The translations under genes were made by a program, and so were the position numbers. This document shows positions 48,801-57,278 of a stretch of 64,000 bases of DNA, in pieces (position 1 is the stretch's first letter; each line of letters starts with the position of its first letter). The notes under the pieces are model-generated. The model was not told the origin of the DNA and did not search any database. It worked only from the letters and a program-made list of their open reading frames with translations. Origin of the DNA: Nanobdellota archaeon (GTDB lineage Archaea > Nanobdellota > Nanobdellia > Parvarchaeales > Parvarchaeaceae); assembly GCA_021807085.1 (NCBI GenBank), contig JAKAPM010000002.1, positions 9,125-73,124 on the forward strand. The letters are read 5' to 3'.

Positions 48801-49198
48801 GAGGTGTACAAGACGTCGACTTTCACGGACGAAAAAGAGTTAGTGGACCCAAAGTTTCCAGAGATGTAACACAGTGTAGACCCGCCTTCGTCCAGCTTGC
48901 TGCTATCGCATGTATAGGTAGTGTATGTGTTGCCGCCGGCTGTAGCGTTAAGGCTGTCTATGGTTATTGCACTGCCAGCTATATTTTGAAGTTGCAGGCC
49001 CATCTGGCTGCTGCTCATCGAGGCTGTAGAAACCGTTATGCCGGAGAATCCGCTTATCACCAGGCTGACCGGGGGGCTTATGTTGAATATACCCATCTCG
49101 TACATTATGGCTGCGGCTATAACTATTATGAGGATGGCCCAGCCATATGTCATCATGTATTCTAAGGCCGATTGGGACTTCTGGCCGCAAGGTGCCAT
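45833..49198 (-). CDS. Pilin-N-terminus beta-propeller (YVTN/YncE repeat) surface adhesin
   Basis: KS/QSALEYMMTYGWAILII; many YVxNxxSNTVSVID repeats; many Cys. Confidence 0.88.
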   Translation of the reverse strand: MAPCGQKSQSALEYMMTYGWAILIIVIAAAIMYEMGIFNISPPVSLVISGFSGITVSTASMSSSQMGLQLQNIAGSAITIDSLNATAGGNTYTTYTCDSSKLDEGGSTLCYISGNFGSTNSFSSVKVDVLYTSSNVFSTNYMSSGSIGAKIAPFISGGPFQATNDIAYVSSWTGTLAEINTTDNKLITTIGNPTWGVSQIAFSANGSIAYEPDGWSTLGVFSTQNFSLIKKYWTAGCGDFYIDVPPNSKYAFVSLEGCGQNAVDVVNLSNPSTFSDFKHIGTLGSPQEMVTASNGDIYVADSGSNAVSVVNPATMTNVGNITSIGAPNAFDIAYDSKTNDVYVPSGYDNYNNISVISTSTNSIVGNVSGIGYDPQFMAMSNTGKFLYISNSFDWGNTQGSVSVMNSSSYVVVKNILVGHNPLGITVAPDGYIYVVNSNSNTVSVIDNTTLQVVQTISGNGLNSPQDVAVTDNEIFVTNWNGNTVSVFSYPSGTPTTTISVQSNPYVLAVSPTNSSEVYASNYGSNTVSVIDAATNSLVMDIGSINCNNPEGIAFTPNGQYAYIACYSSNEVSVINAVTNTYSTVIGSVTHGGCIRAVTVSHDGNYVYTGAWCQNNADVTKIYTANNTIALEQYYQGTDLSSLMFSSGGSRLFALFHWHEESPLVVYNPVNLQVETRVGNLLTICSGRIAISPNGEYAAEMSGDCNNEGAAMSMINLTSHKVMYTVNTGWGGNAFLAFSNDNRLAYLSTGAIIEAVNVSAGVLQYSYVSGGCPGPITVSPNGTVYETFTCGNSWLTTIGNNGVAIFTPQLRLIRYVYGPGIAIWGLATSPDLSKLYISGSGSSMTYMWTGSNHIPIPPSCNVPCSGDLGLVQDGNLMYSVQNSWSLPSVAVQNLSVSNDGSPSFMPLTDIYLNNTLPHAIAITPDKSLLYVASSIISGNYNKNGGLLTNSTVSVISTASNALIDTITAPGCPQFVKVTQNGKYALVDTQCLPSSSLLFIDTQTNSIVKTLPLGGCLNWLTSNANSTIAYVVNSCANQVDVVNLTSLSEIDAVGGGGLNNPQGIALTTDGKFAYIANWNTNQISVLNTSAAISDPSNAFLTPITIPQANNWRAVVIGAGHSSG
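47606..47884. repeat. 24-bp exact direct repeat within the adhesin (47606-47629 and 47861-47884)
   Basis: GTCTATCACCGAGACTGTGTTGGA twice, encoding SNTVSVID. Confidence 0.8.
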
Positions 49199-49393
49199 GC
49201 ATATTAAAGTAAGGGGGAATTAAAAAGCTTGTCGAGTCTCACTCTGCATGTTTTAAACGAGCTAGTGGAACTACGCCAAAAAGCGATGAAAGGCGGCCCT
49301 CCCAAGTGACTCGGGGCGCGCTCGGTCAAAACGATCCGCTACAGAACCAACAGTAGGGCTTGATTTCAGCATAGCCGTAAGAACCGCGGCTTT

Positions 49394-49939
49394 TTAGAAG
49401 AATTCTTTCTCGAACAACTTGGTCTCTATATCCGCCCCGTCTGAGTCTGATGCGTGGACAAGGTTCCTTGTGGCTCTTCCTTCCCTGTTTGCGTTCAGGA
49501 TGGAGTCGTCGGCGAAGTCTCCCCTTATCGTGCCCTTCTCCGCCTTGGAAGGGTCTGTTTTGCCGATGAGCTCCCTCCCCTTTCGCACCGCGTCATCCCC
49601 TTCCAGTATCATCGCTATTATGTCGGTGGACGTCATGAATTTTCTCGTCCACTGTATCAGTTTTTTGCCTATTTCGTAAGGCTCCTTTGATCCGAATATC
49701 TTCTCTATCTCATCTGAGAAACCAGCTGATGTCATCGACTCGAGTGTCTTGTTGCCCATACCGGTCAGCTGAGTTTCGGTGTCTCTGTAAAGCTTCACGG
49801 CGATGCTTTCGGACAGCCTTCCTTTTTTCAGCCTTACGATGCCAAAACCGGCGTTCTCGAAATAAGACAGGATTGTACCGGCGAGCTTCCTCTCTATAGC
49901 GTCCGGCTTTATCATTATCAGCGTCTTCTCCGCGGCCAT
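49394..49939 (-). CDS. ndk: Nucleoside diphosphate kinase
   Basis: EKTLIMIKPDA, GTIRGDF and NLVHASD motifs. Confidence 0.95.
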   Translation of the reverse strand: MAAEKTLIMIKPDAIERKLAGTILSYFENAGFGIVRLKKGRLSESIAVKLYRDTETQLTGMGNKTLESMTSAGFSDEIEKIFGSKEPYEIGKKLIQWTRKFMTSTDIIAMILEGDDAVRKGRELIGKTDPSKAEKGTIRGDFADDSILNANREGRATRNLVHASDSDGADIETKLFEKEFF

Positions 49940-50032
49940 AATTAATTTTATACGGCAGTGCGCAATTTAAACCTTGCTGTCTTTTTGCAGGTCAGAAAAA
50001 GGGTAAATAATATGAGTGCCTAGGAAAAAACG

Positions 50033-50407
50033 ATGTCGAACAGAGGTCTGGAGGGTATACTGTTAGAACCGCGAGAAACGCGCGGGCGAAAGCGCGGGAG
50101 TGAAGGGGCCTGTAAGAAGTTGCTAGAGCGCGTTATCGGTGGGTTCGTGTACAGCGGGAGAAAGATAAAATTCGGTCTGGCCGCTGCGGCGGCCGCGCCG
50201 CTGACATACGCGGCTTTGGAAATAGCCAGATCCACGGCAATAATACCTGCCACAGAATACAGTGTAGTGTACGCCCAGCACGCCCTGATAAGTATGCCGA
50301 TGCTCTACTGCATGTCGATTGCCACTTCCTACCTCGACATATCTATAACGCAGAAGATTGTTGGGAGGGCGTACGAACGCATCAAAAGCGCCAGAGGAGC
50401 CCGCTAG
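50033..50407 (+). CDS. Hypothetical membrane protein
   Basis: Two hydrophobic segments; ATG after an AT-rich promoter-like region. Confidence 0.55.
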   Translation: MSNRGLEGILLEPRETRGRKRGSEGACKKLLERVIGGFVYSGRKIKFGLAAAAAAPLTYAALEIARSTAIIPATEYSVVYAQHALISMPMLYCMSIATSYLDISITQKIVGRAYERIKSARGAR

Positions 50408-50504
50408 GACGGCGGGCTGGAGTCTGTTGGTCCATTTGAAAGTTACTATGATAGAATAAGTATTTATATCTATATCGTTCTCATAGATATTATTATTGCT
50501 TGGG

Positions 50505-51536
50505 ATGGAACCGAAGGTGAGTAAGGCAGTAATTCTTGCCGCCGGTGCCGGCAGCAGGGTCCAACCTTTCACCAGCTACATGCCCAAGACAATGCTCCCG
50601 TACGGTTCGTACCCTATTCTTTACCACCAGGTCGACATAGCTTACAATGCCGGGATAAGGGACGTTGTTATAGTCTCAAGGGAAGACGATGAAAAGACGG
50701 TTTTGGGATACAAGAACGACCCGAAGATAAAAGGTATATTCCAGGTGCAGAATGACTACATAAACGGCCACCTCAAGGGCGAATTCGCGAAGAAGGGTGT
50801 GAAAGTGGAGATAGTCTACCAATCGAACAACGCGGAGACCGGAAAACCCAGGGGCCCGGGCGACGCGGTTATAAGCGCGGAGAGGTATATCGGCAAAGAC
50901 AACTACGCGGTAATACTCGGGGACTTGATACTCGAGCCCAAAGAGAAGGGGGAGAAGAGCCTGCTCGAGAATATCCTGTCCAGATTCGACGGTGAGAACG
51001 ACATTGTGTCCAGTAGTGTACTCGACATGGACAGCGCAAGGGAAGGCGGTATGATAAGAGGCGAATACTGCGGGAATGGACTGATTAAGATAATGGAGAT
51101 AAGGCAGAAGCCGAGAAAGGAGGAGGACAAGGAGTTCATAGACGGGTGCAGGACGCCGGACGGGAAATACCGTGCTACGTGGTCTGGCATATACATATTG
51201 AACAAGTACAGCATAGGTTACCTCAAAACGGCCACCCCGCGCAAGGATCGCAACGAGATAGACATAGAAGACGGATTGATGATGCAGTGCCTGGACGAGA
51301 ACAGGAAGACGGAAGCGTACGCATTCGATTACAAAGGGGCGGACGGCACCCGATATATAGAGAGAAATTTCGGCAGCGTGGGTGAATGGCTCTCCCATAA
51401 CGTGGAGGAAAAGACTATCGTTAGATTCGTCGAAAGCCTGAAGAGACAACCGGAAGGGTTCCAGAAAGAAGTAGCCGAAGAACTCGCCAAGCGCTACCCT
51501 GACAGGGACTGGAGCATACTCGGCAAAAATGGGTAA
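50505..51536 (+). CDS. Sugar-phosphate nucleotidyltransferase (GalU/RmlA-like)
   Basis: AVILAAGAGSR..P...PKTMLP, Q..P.G.GDA and LGD motifs. Confidence 0.88.
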   Translation: MEPKVSKAVILAAGAGSRVQPFTSYMPKTMLPYGSYPILYHQVDIAYNAGIRDVVIVSREDDEKTVLGYKNDPKIKGIFQVQNDYINGHLKGEFAKKGVKVEIVYQSNNAETGKPRGPGDAVISAERYIGKDNYAVILGDLILEPKEKGEKSLLENILSRFDGENDIVSSSVLDMDSAREGGMIRGEYCGNGLIKIMEIRQKPRKEEDKEFIDGCRTPDGKYRATWSGIYILNKYSIGYLKTATPRKDRNEIDIEDGLMMQCLDENRKTEAYAFDYKGADGTRYIERNFGSVGEWLSHNVEEKTIVRFVESLKRQPEGFQKEVAEELAKRYPDRDWSILGKNG

Positions 51537-51538
51537 AC

Positions 51539-52558
51539 CTATCTCCCTGCGTCCTTCCCAGAACCCTGCTTACCTGCCACATCCATTTCCTTGGAGAATA
51601 TATCCGCGTAGGTTTCAGGGATAAGCTGGTTGGTGTAGAACCCGGCGAACTCGACGGCTGCAAATGTTATGACTCTGTAGTATATCTCTATGTGGAAGTG
51701 GAAGTCCTTCTCGGATTTCAGCTCGTGGAAGACCAAATTATAAGGAAGGCGCCCGAATAGCTTCTTGTTTACGGATATAACCGATGAGAGGAGCCTCACC
51801 ATATCCCTTACCTCCCCTTCAGACAGGCCTGCGGCGTAGTTAACGTGTCTCTTGGGCATCACAACGGTCTCCGCCGTGAACTTTGACGCGAACGGGGCGA
51901 AAGCCACGCAGGTGCCGTTCTCTATCAGGAGCCTGTCCTTTTCCTCCGGGAGCGCCTCCTCGTAAAGGCACTTACCGGTCTTCTTGAGGTTCTCCTTTAT
52001 CCTCTCCGCCTCCGTGGCTATCGCCGGCGTGACGTCGGGGAAAGCCATTATCTGGCTGTGGGCGTGAAAGAGGCTGGCGCCGCTGCCAGGCCCCTCGTTC
52101 TTGAAGACGTACACGTACTTTATGCCGTCCCTGGAATAGAGAGCCTCCTCCCTCTCTACTATGTTTTCAAGCCAAAGTATCCTTTCTTCCTCGCCTATCT
52201 CCTCGAACGGCAGATCGTGGACGGGAGTTTCCACGAGCACTTCGGAGTAACCGAACGGCGTAGATTTCTTCAGGAAAGCCCCGGAAGAGAAGAGGCCTAG
52301 GTCGGGGAATGTGAATGGAAATTTGTTCTCTATGGCGCGCAGCTTCCAGGAATACCTGTCGCCGCCTATGTATTTTATGGTCCTGTTGAGCGAGTCGTTG
52401 GCGTATTCGAACGGGCACCTAGATATGTCCGATTCCCATTTTCCCACCGCGGTTGAGAAGTCCATGGGTTTCTTGTCGCGTATCGGGGAGAATATCACCC
52501 TGCTGCCGGTCCTGTAATCTGTCCTTATCTCGCCTTCGAATTTCTCGAATTCTATCAT
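51539..52558 (-). CDS. GalT-like nucleotidyltransferase, paralog 3
   Basis: R.KKP, CPF, NKFP and GASLFHAHSQ motifs. Confidence 0.88.
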   Translation of the reverse strand: MIEFEKFEGEIRTDYRTGSRVIFSPIRDKKPMDFSTAVGKWESDISRCPFEYANDSLNRTIKYIGGDRYSWKLRAIENKFPFTFPDLGLFSSGAFLKKSTPFGYSEVLVETPVHDLPFEEIGEEERILWLENIVEREEALYSRDGIKYVYVFKNEGPGSGASLFHAHSQIMAFPDVTPAIATEAERIKENLKKTGKCLYEEALPEEKDRLLIENGTCVAFAPFASKFTAETVVMPKRHVNYAAGLSEGEVRDMVRLLSSVISVNKKLFGRLPYNLVFHELKSEKDFHFHIEIYYRVITFAAVEFAGFYTNQLIPETYADIFSKEMDVAGKQGSGKDAGR

Positions 52559-52613
52559 AACGATACAATAATAAAAACCATTCCTGTATAAATAATGGAA
52601 TGGCCGGATTAAG

Positions 52614-53642
52614 TCACTGGACAGTGGCTTTTCCGGCTATCCTTAGGACTCTTATCGGCAGGTCTTTGTTTAGGAGGAGTATCCTGTCGCTGCCGTCGAA
52701 GCAGAAGTTCTTGTCTGCCGTGAAAGACGCCGTCACGACGTCGCCTTCCCTCTTCACGCCGGAGAGCGTTACGGAAACGCTCTGCCAGTTGCAGATGAGA
52801 GTCAGCAGAGCGCCGTCGACCAGCGGCTGCTTGTACAGGGGCGGCACCTCTATCCTAAGGGTTCCGGAATCCAAGTCCCTGAAGCTGCCCTTCTGTCTTA
52901 TCTCGACACCTCTGGGAAGGTCCCACGGCCATACGCCTTTTATCGAAACTCCGACTCTGTCCCCGGCCTCGGCAGACTGCCTGTCCTCCTGATTTATCTG
53001 TATAGAATTTATCGAGATGTCCTTGGTGAACGGGGACGGTACTATAGTGCCATCGCTGTGCACAAATATCTTTCCCGTCGATAGCGTCCCGACAGCAACC
53101 GACATCCCCTTGGATTCGAAAGCGTGGTCTATGAGTATCCTGAACGGCTTGCCGGTGTTTCCGCCATCGTACGGTATGGCTGCGACCTTCGCACGCACGT
53201 CGGCTATGTTCTGCTCGTTGTTTATGTCTATAGGGACTATCTCGAAGTTTTCCATCGACGTGCCCTTCAGCAGCGCGGTTATCTTTGCCGAGAGCCTCTC
53301 CACTTCCTCGCTTGTCGATATGTCTGTCTTGGTTATGCAGACGATGCCCCTGCTGATTCCAAGAGAGGCCGCCATTATTATCTGTTCTCCTACCTGGAAG
53401 TTTATCCCTATATCCGGCGATACGCAGAGTATTACAGCGTCGGATATGGACAGTACGGAGCCTATCGTGGTGGGCACGTCCATGTCTCCCGGCGTGTCTA
53501 TCAGCGTCACGTTCTTGCTGGAGTACTTGAAGTAGTAGAACGATACATCCTCCTCTGCCCCTTTCCTCTGCTGGAGTTTGTTGACCAGAGTGGTCTTTCC
53601 GGATTTGTACGGTCCTACGACGCTTACTGTCAGAGAGTCCAT
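52614..53642 (-). CDS. SelB-like/EF-Tu-fold translational GTPase (aSelBL-like)
   Basis: GPYKSGKT, DTPG and TKTD motifs; domain II IDHAF..KG..V..G, SIQ, AGDRVG; no SelB C-terminal extension. Confidence 0.8.
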   Translation of the reverse strand: MDSLTVSVVGPYKSGKTTLVNKLQQRKGAEEDVSFYYFKYSSKNVTLIDTPGDMDVPTTIGSVLSISDAVILCVSPDIGINFQVGEQIIMAASLGISRGIVCITKTDISTSEEVERLSAKITALLKGTSMENFEIVPIDINNEQNIADVRAKVAAIPYDGGNTGKPFRILIDHAFESKGMSVAVGTLSTGKIFVHSDGTIVPSPFTKDISINSIQINQEDRQSAEAGDRVGVSIKGVWPWDLPRGVEIRQKGSFRDLDSGTLRIEVPPLYKQPLVDGALLTLICNWQSVSVTLSGVKREGDVVTASFTADKNFCFDGSDRILLLNKDLPIRVLRIAGKATVQ

Positions 53643-53683
53643 ATCTTAGAGATAAAAAGCGTCTTATTTAAATAACTTTCCTC

Positions 53684-54601
53684 TCATATTTCGATTTTGT
53701 CCAGGTCGTTGGGGAAAAAAACATCTGCGCCGAGCTCCAGCTTTTCCTTCATGGCGGCAGCTTCCTTCACCAAAGCGTCGTCGTTCTCGTATCTCTGGCT
53801 GGTGTGGACCAGGTAGACCTTCTTCGCGCCCGCCCTCTTGGCTATTTTGAGTGCCTGCTCTACGGTCAGGTGGAAATAAGAGCCGGCTTTTTCTCCCATC
53901 GACGACGAGAAGGTCGCCTCTATCACCAAGGCGTCTGCGTCCCTGGCGAACCTTCCTACGGAATCGGAATATGCCAAGTCTGTCACGTACACCACGGATC
54001 TTCCTTTCTTGACGTATGTGAACTGTCTGTGCGGCAGCTTCCTTCCGTTGTAGACCGCGTCCTTTCCCTCCTTCAGCCTCTTCAGGATAGGATCAGGTTT
54101 TATACCGTACTTCTTGAGGAGGTCCTCGCGGAGGTTTAGGGTGTCCCTCTCCTTTATTTTGTAAGCCAAGCACTTAACGGCGTGCTTCACGTTGAGGGCG
54201 TACACGTCATAGTCGTTGATGGAGGCGATTACGCTCTCCTTTGGCGCGTCCACCGGTTTCGATACCACTTTGACTGCTGAATGGAACTGGTAAGTCTTTG
54301 ACAGGTGCGCCATCCTGGAATTCGTACCTGCGGGCCCGTACACGAACAGAGGCTCCCTCCTGTTAATCATGTTCAGGCTCTGCAGTATGCCCCCCACTCC
54401 GAGAGAATGGTCGCCGTGCCAGTGGGTTATGAAGATATAGTCTATCGCCGGGCTAAGGCCGGCCCTCCTTATCTGCCTCTGCGTGCCCTCCCCGCAATCC
54501 AGCAGGACCTTGGCGCCACCGAGCGATACGTACACCGACGGGTGGTTCCTGGACGCAGTTGGAAAAGCCGAAGCTGTGCCCAAAAACGTGATTTCAACCA
54601 T
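53684..54601 (-). CDS. rnz: Ribonuclease Z
   Basis: FLGT...PT..R, DCGEGTQ, THWHGDH, EATF, H and HTSQRY motifs. Confidence 0.94.
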   Translation of the reverse strand: MVEITFLGTASAFPTASRNHPSVYVSLGGAKVLLDCGEGTQRQIRRAGLSPAIDYIFITHWHGDHSLGVGGILQSLNMINRREPLFVYGPAGTNSRMAHLSKTYQFHSAVKVVSKPVDAPKESVIASINDYDVYALNVKHAVKCLAYKIKERDTLNLREDLLKKYGIKPDPILKRLKEGKDAVYNGRKLPHRQFTYVKKGRSVVYVTDLAYSDSVGRFARDADALVIEATFSSSMGEKAGSYFHLTVEQALKIAKRAGAKKVYLVHTSQRYENDDALVKEAAAMKEKLELGADVFFPNDLDKIEI

Positions 54602-55340
54602 TGAAAAACCTCTCAAAGTTATTATATAGTTTGTCCTTTAATAGGTTAAAGCCTGTGTTCCTCAGAAGCGACATATATTCTATTATTCTCGGGAGGTTCA
54701 GCGGTGTGTTCGCCCTCTCATCCGGGGAGAGTACCGGCGAGTCGGTCTCCACAAAGAGGCTGTCTGCGTTTGCGTTCTTTATGACGTTGTCGCGCTTGAA
54801 CTTCAGGAAACCTGTGGAGATGCTGATACCGACGCCCATGTCCGTAGCCCTGGCGAGATGTGACAGGTTCCCCTCGAAATTGTGTATTATCACCTTAACT
54901 CTGAAGGAGGTTATCGCCGATAGTACGTCGTCTATGGCCTTCCTGCTGTGCACTATGCACACCTTCCCCTCCTTCTCCGCCAGCCTTAATATGTCCTCGA
55001 AATATTTCTTCTGTATGAACCTGCTGCTCTCGTCCTTTCCCCGGTAATCCAGCCCTATCTCCGACACGGCGAACGCACGGTCTATGTCTTTGGCGACAAG
55101 TTCGAATTCCCTGTCCACCTCCGACAACGGCTTATCGTACATGGAGTTCGGGTGGAAACCTGCGCAGGGAAGTATGTTCGTGTGCTTTCTGCTCAGTTCG
55201 AATGTCCTCTCGTTGTCGGCGTGGTTCTCGCCGGCGTTAAGCACGATGAAGCCGTCCTCGAGGTCAGAGAACAGGCTGGCCACGTGGCCGAACGCCTTAT
55301 CGCTCATGTGCGCGTGGATGTCTACGAACTTGCTTTCCAT
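54594..55340 (-). CDS. tatD: TatD family nuclease
   Basis: DIHAH, GFHP, EIGLD, HSR and ETDSP motifs. Confidence 0.93.
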   Translation of the reverse strand: MESKFVDIHAHMSDKAFGHVASLFSDLEDGFIVLNAGENHADNERTFELSRKHTNILPCAGFHPNSMYDKPLSEVDREFELVAKDIDRAFAVSEIGLDYRGKDESSRFIQKKYFEDILRLAEKEGKVCIVHSRKAIDDVLSAITSFRVKVIIHNFEGNLSHLARATDMGVGISISTGFLKFKRDNVIKNANADSLFVETDSPVLSPDERANTPLNLPRIIEYMSLLRNTGFNLLKDKLYNNFERFFNG

Positions 55341-55347
55341 TTCTTCA

Positions 55348-55419
55348 AGCCTCTGGCGAGTGATGATCTCGCGACCTTCTGCTTACAAGGCAGACGCTCT
55401 ACCGCTGAGCTACAGAGGC
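55348..55419 (-). tRNA. tRNA-Thr(TGT) with a non-canonical T-loop
   Basis: GCCTCTG..GCTC/GAGC..TCTGC-CTTGTAA-GCAGA..GCGAG-ATCATCA-CTCGC..CAGAGGC-T. Confidence 0.88.
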
Positions 55420-55539
55420 ACAGCGCGCATTCCTATAATAGAATTCTCAGATTTAAATTGCTTCTAAACATCCGGTCAACTTCGCAGCCTGACGGTAGCG
55501 CGGCTATACGAGGAAACCTGGAAAAGTAACGAACCTGCG

Positions 55540-56475
55540 TCACTGCTGGGCGGACTGCGATATCTTGTCCTTTATCTTGTCTATCACGTTCTGCACGTTC
55601 TGCTGCCCGCCGAGCGAAGCTAATCCGGCTGCGGAGAGTCCGGCGACACCTCCGAGCATGCTGCCGGCATTCTGCATGAACTGCATCGGAAGAACTATCT
55701 TGGACGAGCTCGACTCACCCATCTGCTTGAGCGCTTGAAGGTACAGGTACATCACTGACCTGTCGTCCAGTGACTTTCCCCCCTCTCCTATGGCTTCCAT
55801 GACTATCTTCTGGGCGTCCGCCTTGAACCTCTGCGCCTGAAGAAGGTTGGCGGCTATTTCCGGCTGCTGCATCGCCTGTATGACTTCCGAAGGAGGAGCC
55901 ACAGTCCTTATCTGGACTGAAGGGACGTCTATCCCCCACTTCCATGTTGTGTGCCTTATAGCGTCTGCGAGTATGTCATTGAGCTTGTCCAGGTTTCCGA
56001 AGACCTGCCTCATCGTCAGCGATGCTATCGCGTTCCTTATAGACGACTGGACGAGCGTAGAGAGCCCCTGGCCGTAGTTGTCTATCTGGAGGGTCGCTTT
56101 TTCTGGGTCGGTTATTTGGTAGTATATAGTCCCCTCTATCATAAGCTTTATATCATCAGCCGTGAACGCCTCCTGAGAATTCACATCCAGCATCTTGACG
56201 CGGACGTCGACTTTCTTGTACTCCTCCTCGAAGAACGGAACGACTATCGCCCACCCTGGTCCGGCTATCCTGTTGAACTTCCCGAGCCTGAATATTATGC
56301 CCCTCTCGAACTGCGTATATTTCTTGACAGTAGTTATGAAAAACACGGATACAGCCACCGCGAAAAGGACTATCAAAAATACGTAATAAAGGCTCGGTAC
56401 GAATTCGCTAAGGAAGAAGAGTATTATTATGGCCGCGACCCCTATTATGAACGCCCAAAATTCGCCCGGATTCAT
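55540..56475 (-). CDS. SPFH/band 7 (stomatin-like) membrane protein
   Basis: QFERGIIFRLGK..GPG..VP, VDVR and KWGIDV motifs. Confidence 0.92.
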   Translation of the reverse strand: MNPGEFWAFIIGVAAIIILFFLSEFVPSLYYVFLIVLFAVAVSVFFITTVKKYTQFERGIIFRLGKFNRIAGPGWAIVVPFFEEEYKKVDVRVKMLDVNSQEAFTADDIKLMIEGTIYYQITDPEKATLQIDNYGQGLSTLVQSSIRNAIASLTMRQVFGNLDKLNDILADAIRHTTWKWGIDVPSVQIRTVAPPSEVIQAMQQPEIAANLLQAQRFKADAQKIVMEAIGEGGKSLDDRSVMYLYLQALKQMGESSSSKIVLPMQFMQNAGSMLGGVAGLSAAGLASLGGQQNVQNVIDKIKDKISQSAQQ

Positions 56476-56533
56476 ACTATTAATAGGTGTTATCTGTCTT
56501 TAATAGCTTTTTTGATAATGTATCGGATGCCCG

Positions 56534-57229
56534 TCAGACTAACATGAGACTGGTCGTCAGCCTGTGCGTCACTTCCGCGTATTTCATCAACCCTATATCG
56601 TCGATAGAATCGGTACTGCCTATGTACTTGTTGAATTTAGGAAAGCAGATGCCGTGTTCTAGCCTTCTCCTGCCGTATTTTCCAGCAGGGAGAGCGACGT
56701 CCATCAGCAGCCAGCAGTCGTTCTTGTATGGTACTCCGTTGGCGTCCCTCACGACGAGAGAGGGGTGGAGGTGGCCGAAGCAGACTGTCTTCACGCTCTC
56801 CGCGAGATGTCTGGACGGCATGCTGTGGCCGTGCATGAACCCGACGTCGCCGGATACGAATTCGCGCTCCAAAGACACGTTTCGGAGCCTGTGGGTTAGC
56901 TTTATCAGCCCACCGTCGTGATTGCCCTTAGTTATCACTATCTCGCCGAACCTGTCCGACAGCAGGCTCATGAACCTGAAAAGTATCCCCCCTTCGTCCG
57001 GTTTTATCTCGGCGTAATCGTCCCTTAAGTCGCCGAGTATTATCAGTTTTCTGGAACCGAGCGATATTATTTCGTCCAAAAGCTCCTGCGTCTTGTCCCA
57101 CACGTTGAACCCCTCCGAGCCGAACCTGCGCTCGAAGCCGACGTGAACGTCACCGACGACGGCGTAATCGCCGTAGAACGCGGCTGGGACGCCTTTCCTC
57201 GTCCTGAAAGGGAAGTCCTCCATCTCCAT
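56534..57229 (-). CDS. Calcineurin-like metallophosphoesterase
   Basis: DVHVG, LGD, GNHD, HGH and GHLHP motifs. Confidence 0.9.
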   Translation of the reverse strand: MEMEDFPFRTRKGVPAAFYGDYAVVGDVHVGFERRFGSEGFNVWDKTQELLDEIISLGSRKLIILGDLRDDYAEIKPDEGGILFRFMSLLSDRFGEIVITKGNHDGGLIKLTHRLRNVSLEREFVSGDVGFMHGHSMPSRHLAESVKTVCFGHLHPSLVVRDANGVPYKNDCWLLMDVALPAGKYGRRRLEHGICFPKFNKYIGSTDSIDDIGLMKYAEVTHRLTTSLMLV

Positions 57230-57278
57230 CCTAATATGAATACGTTAGATATTTTAATCAATATTTACTCCATTAGGT

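Noticed and set aside
49200-49393. Intergenic region with GGAA and ACAGAA/GGGCTT words suggestive of RNase P RNA
   Set aside because: The P4 strands do not pair in canonical register and the region is too short; an Infernal search would be needed
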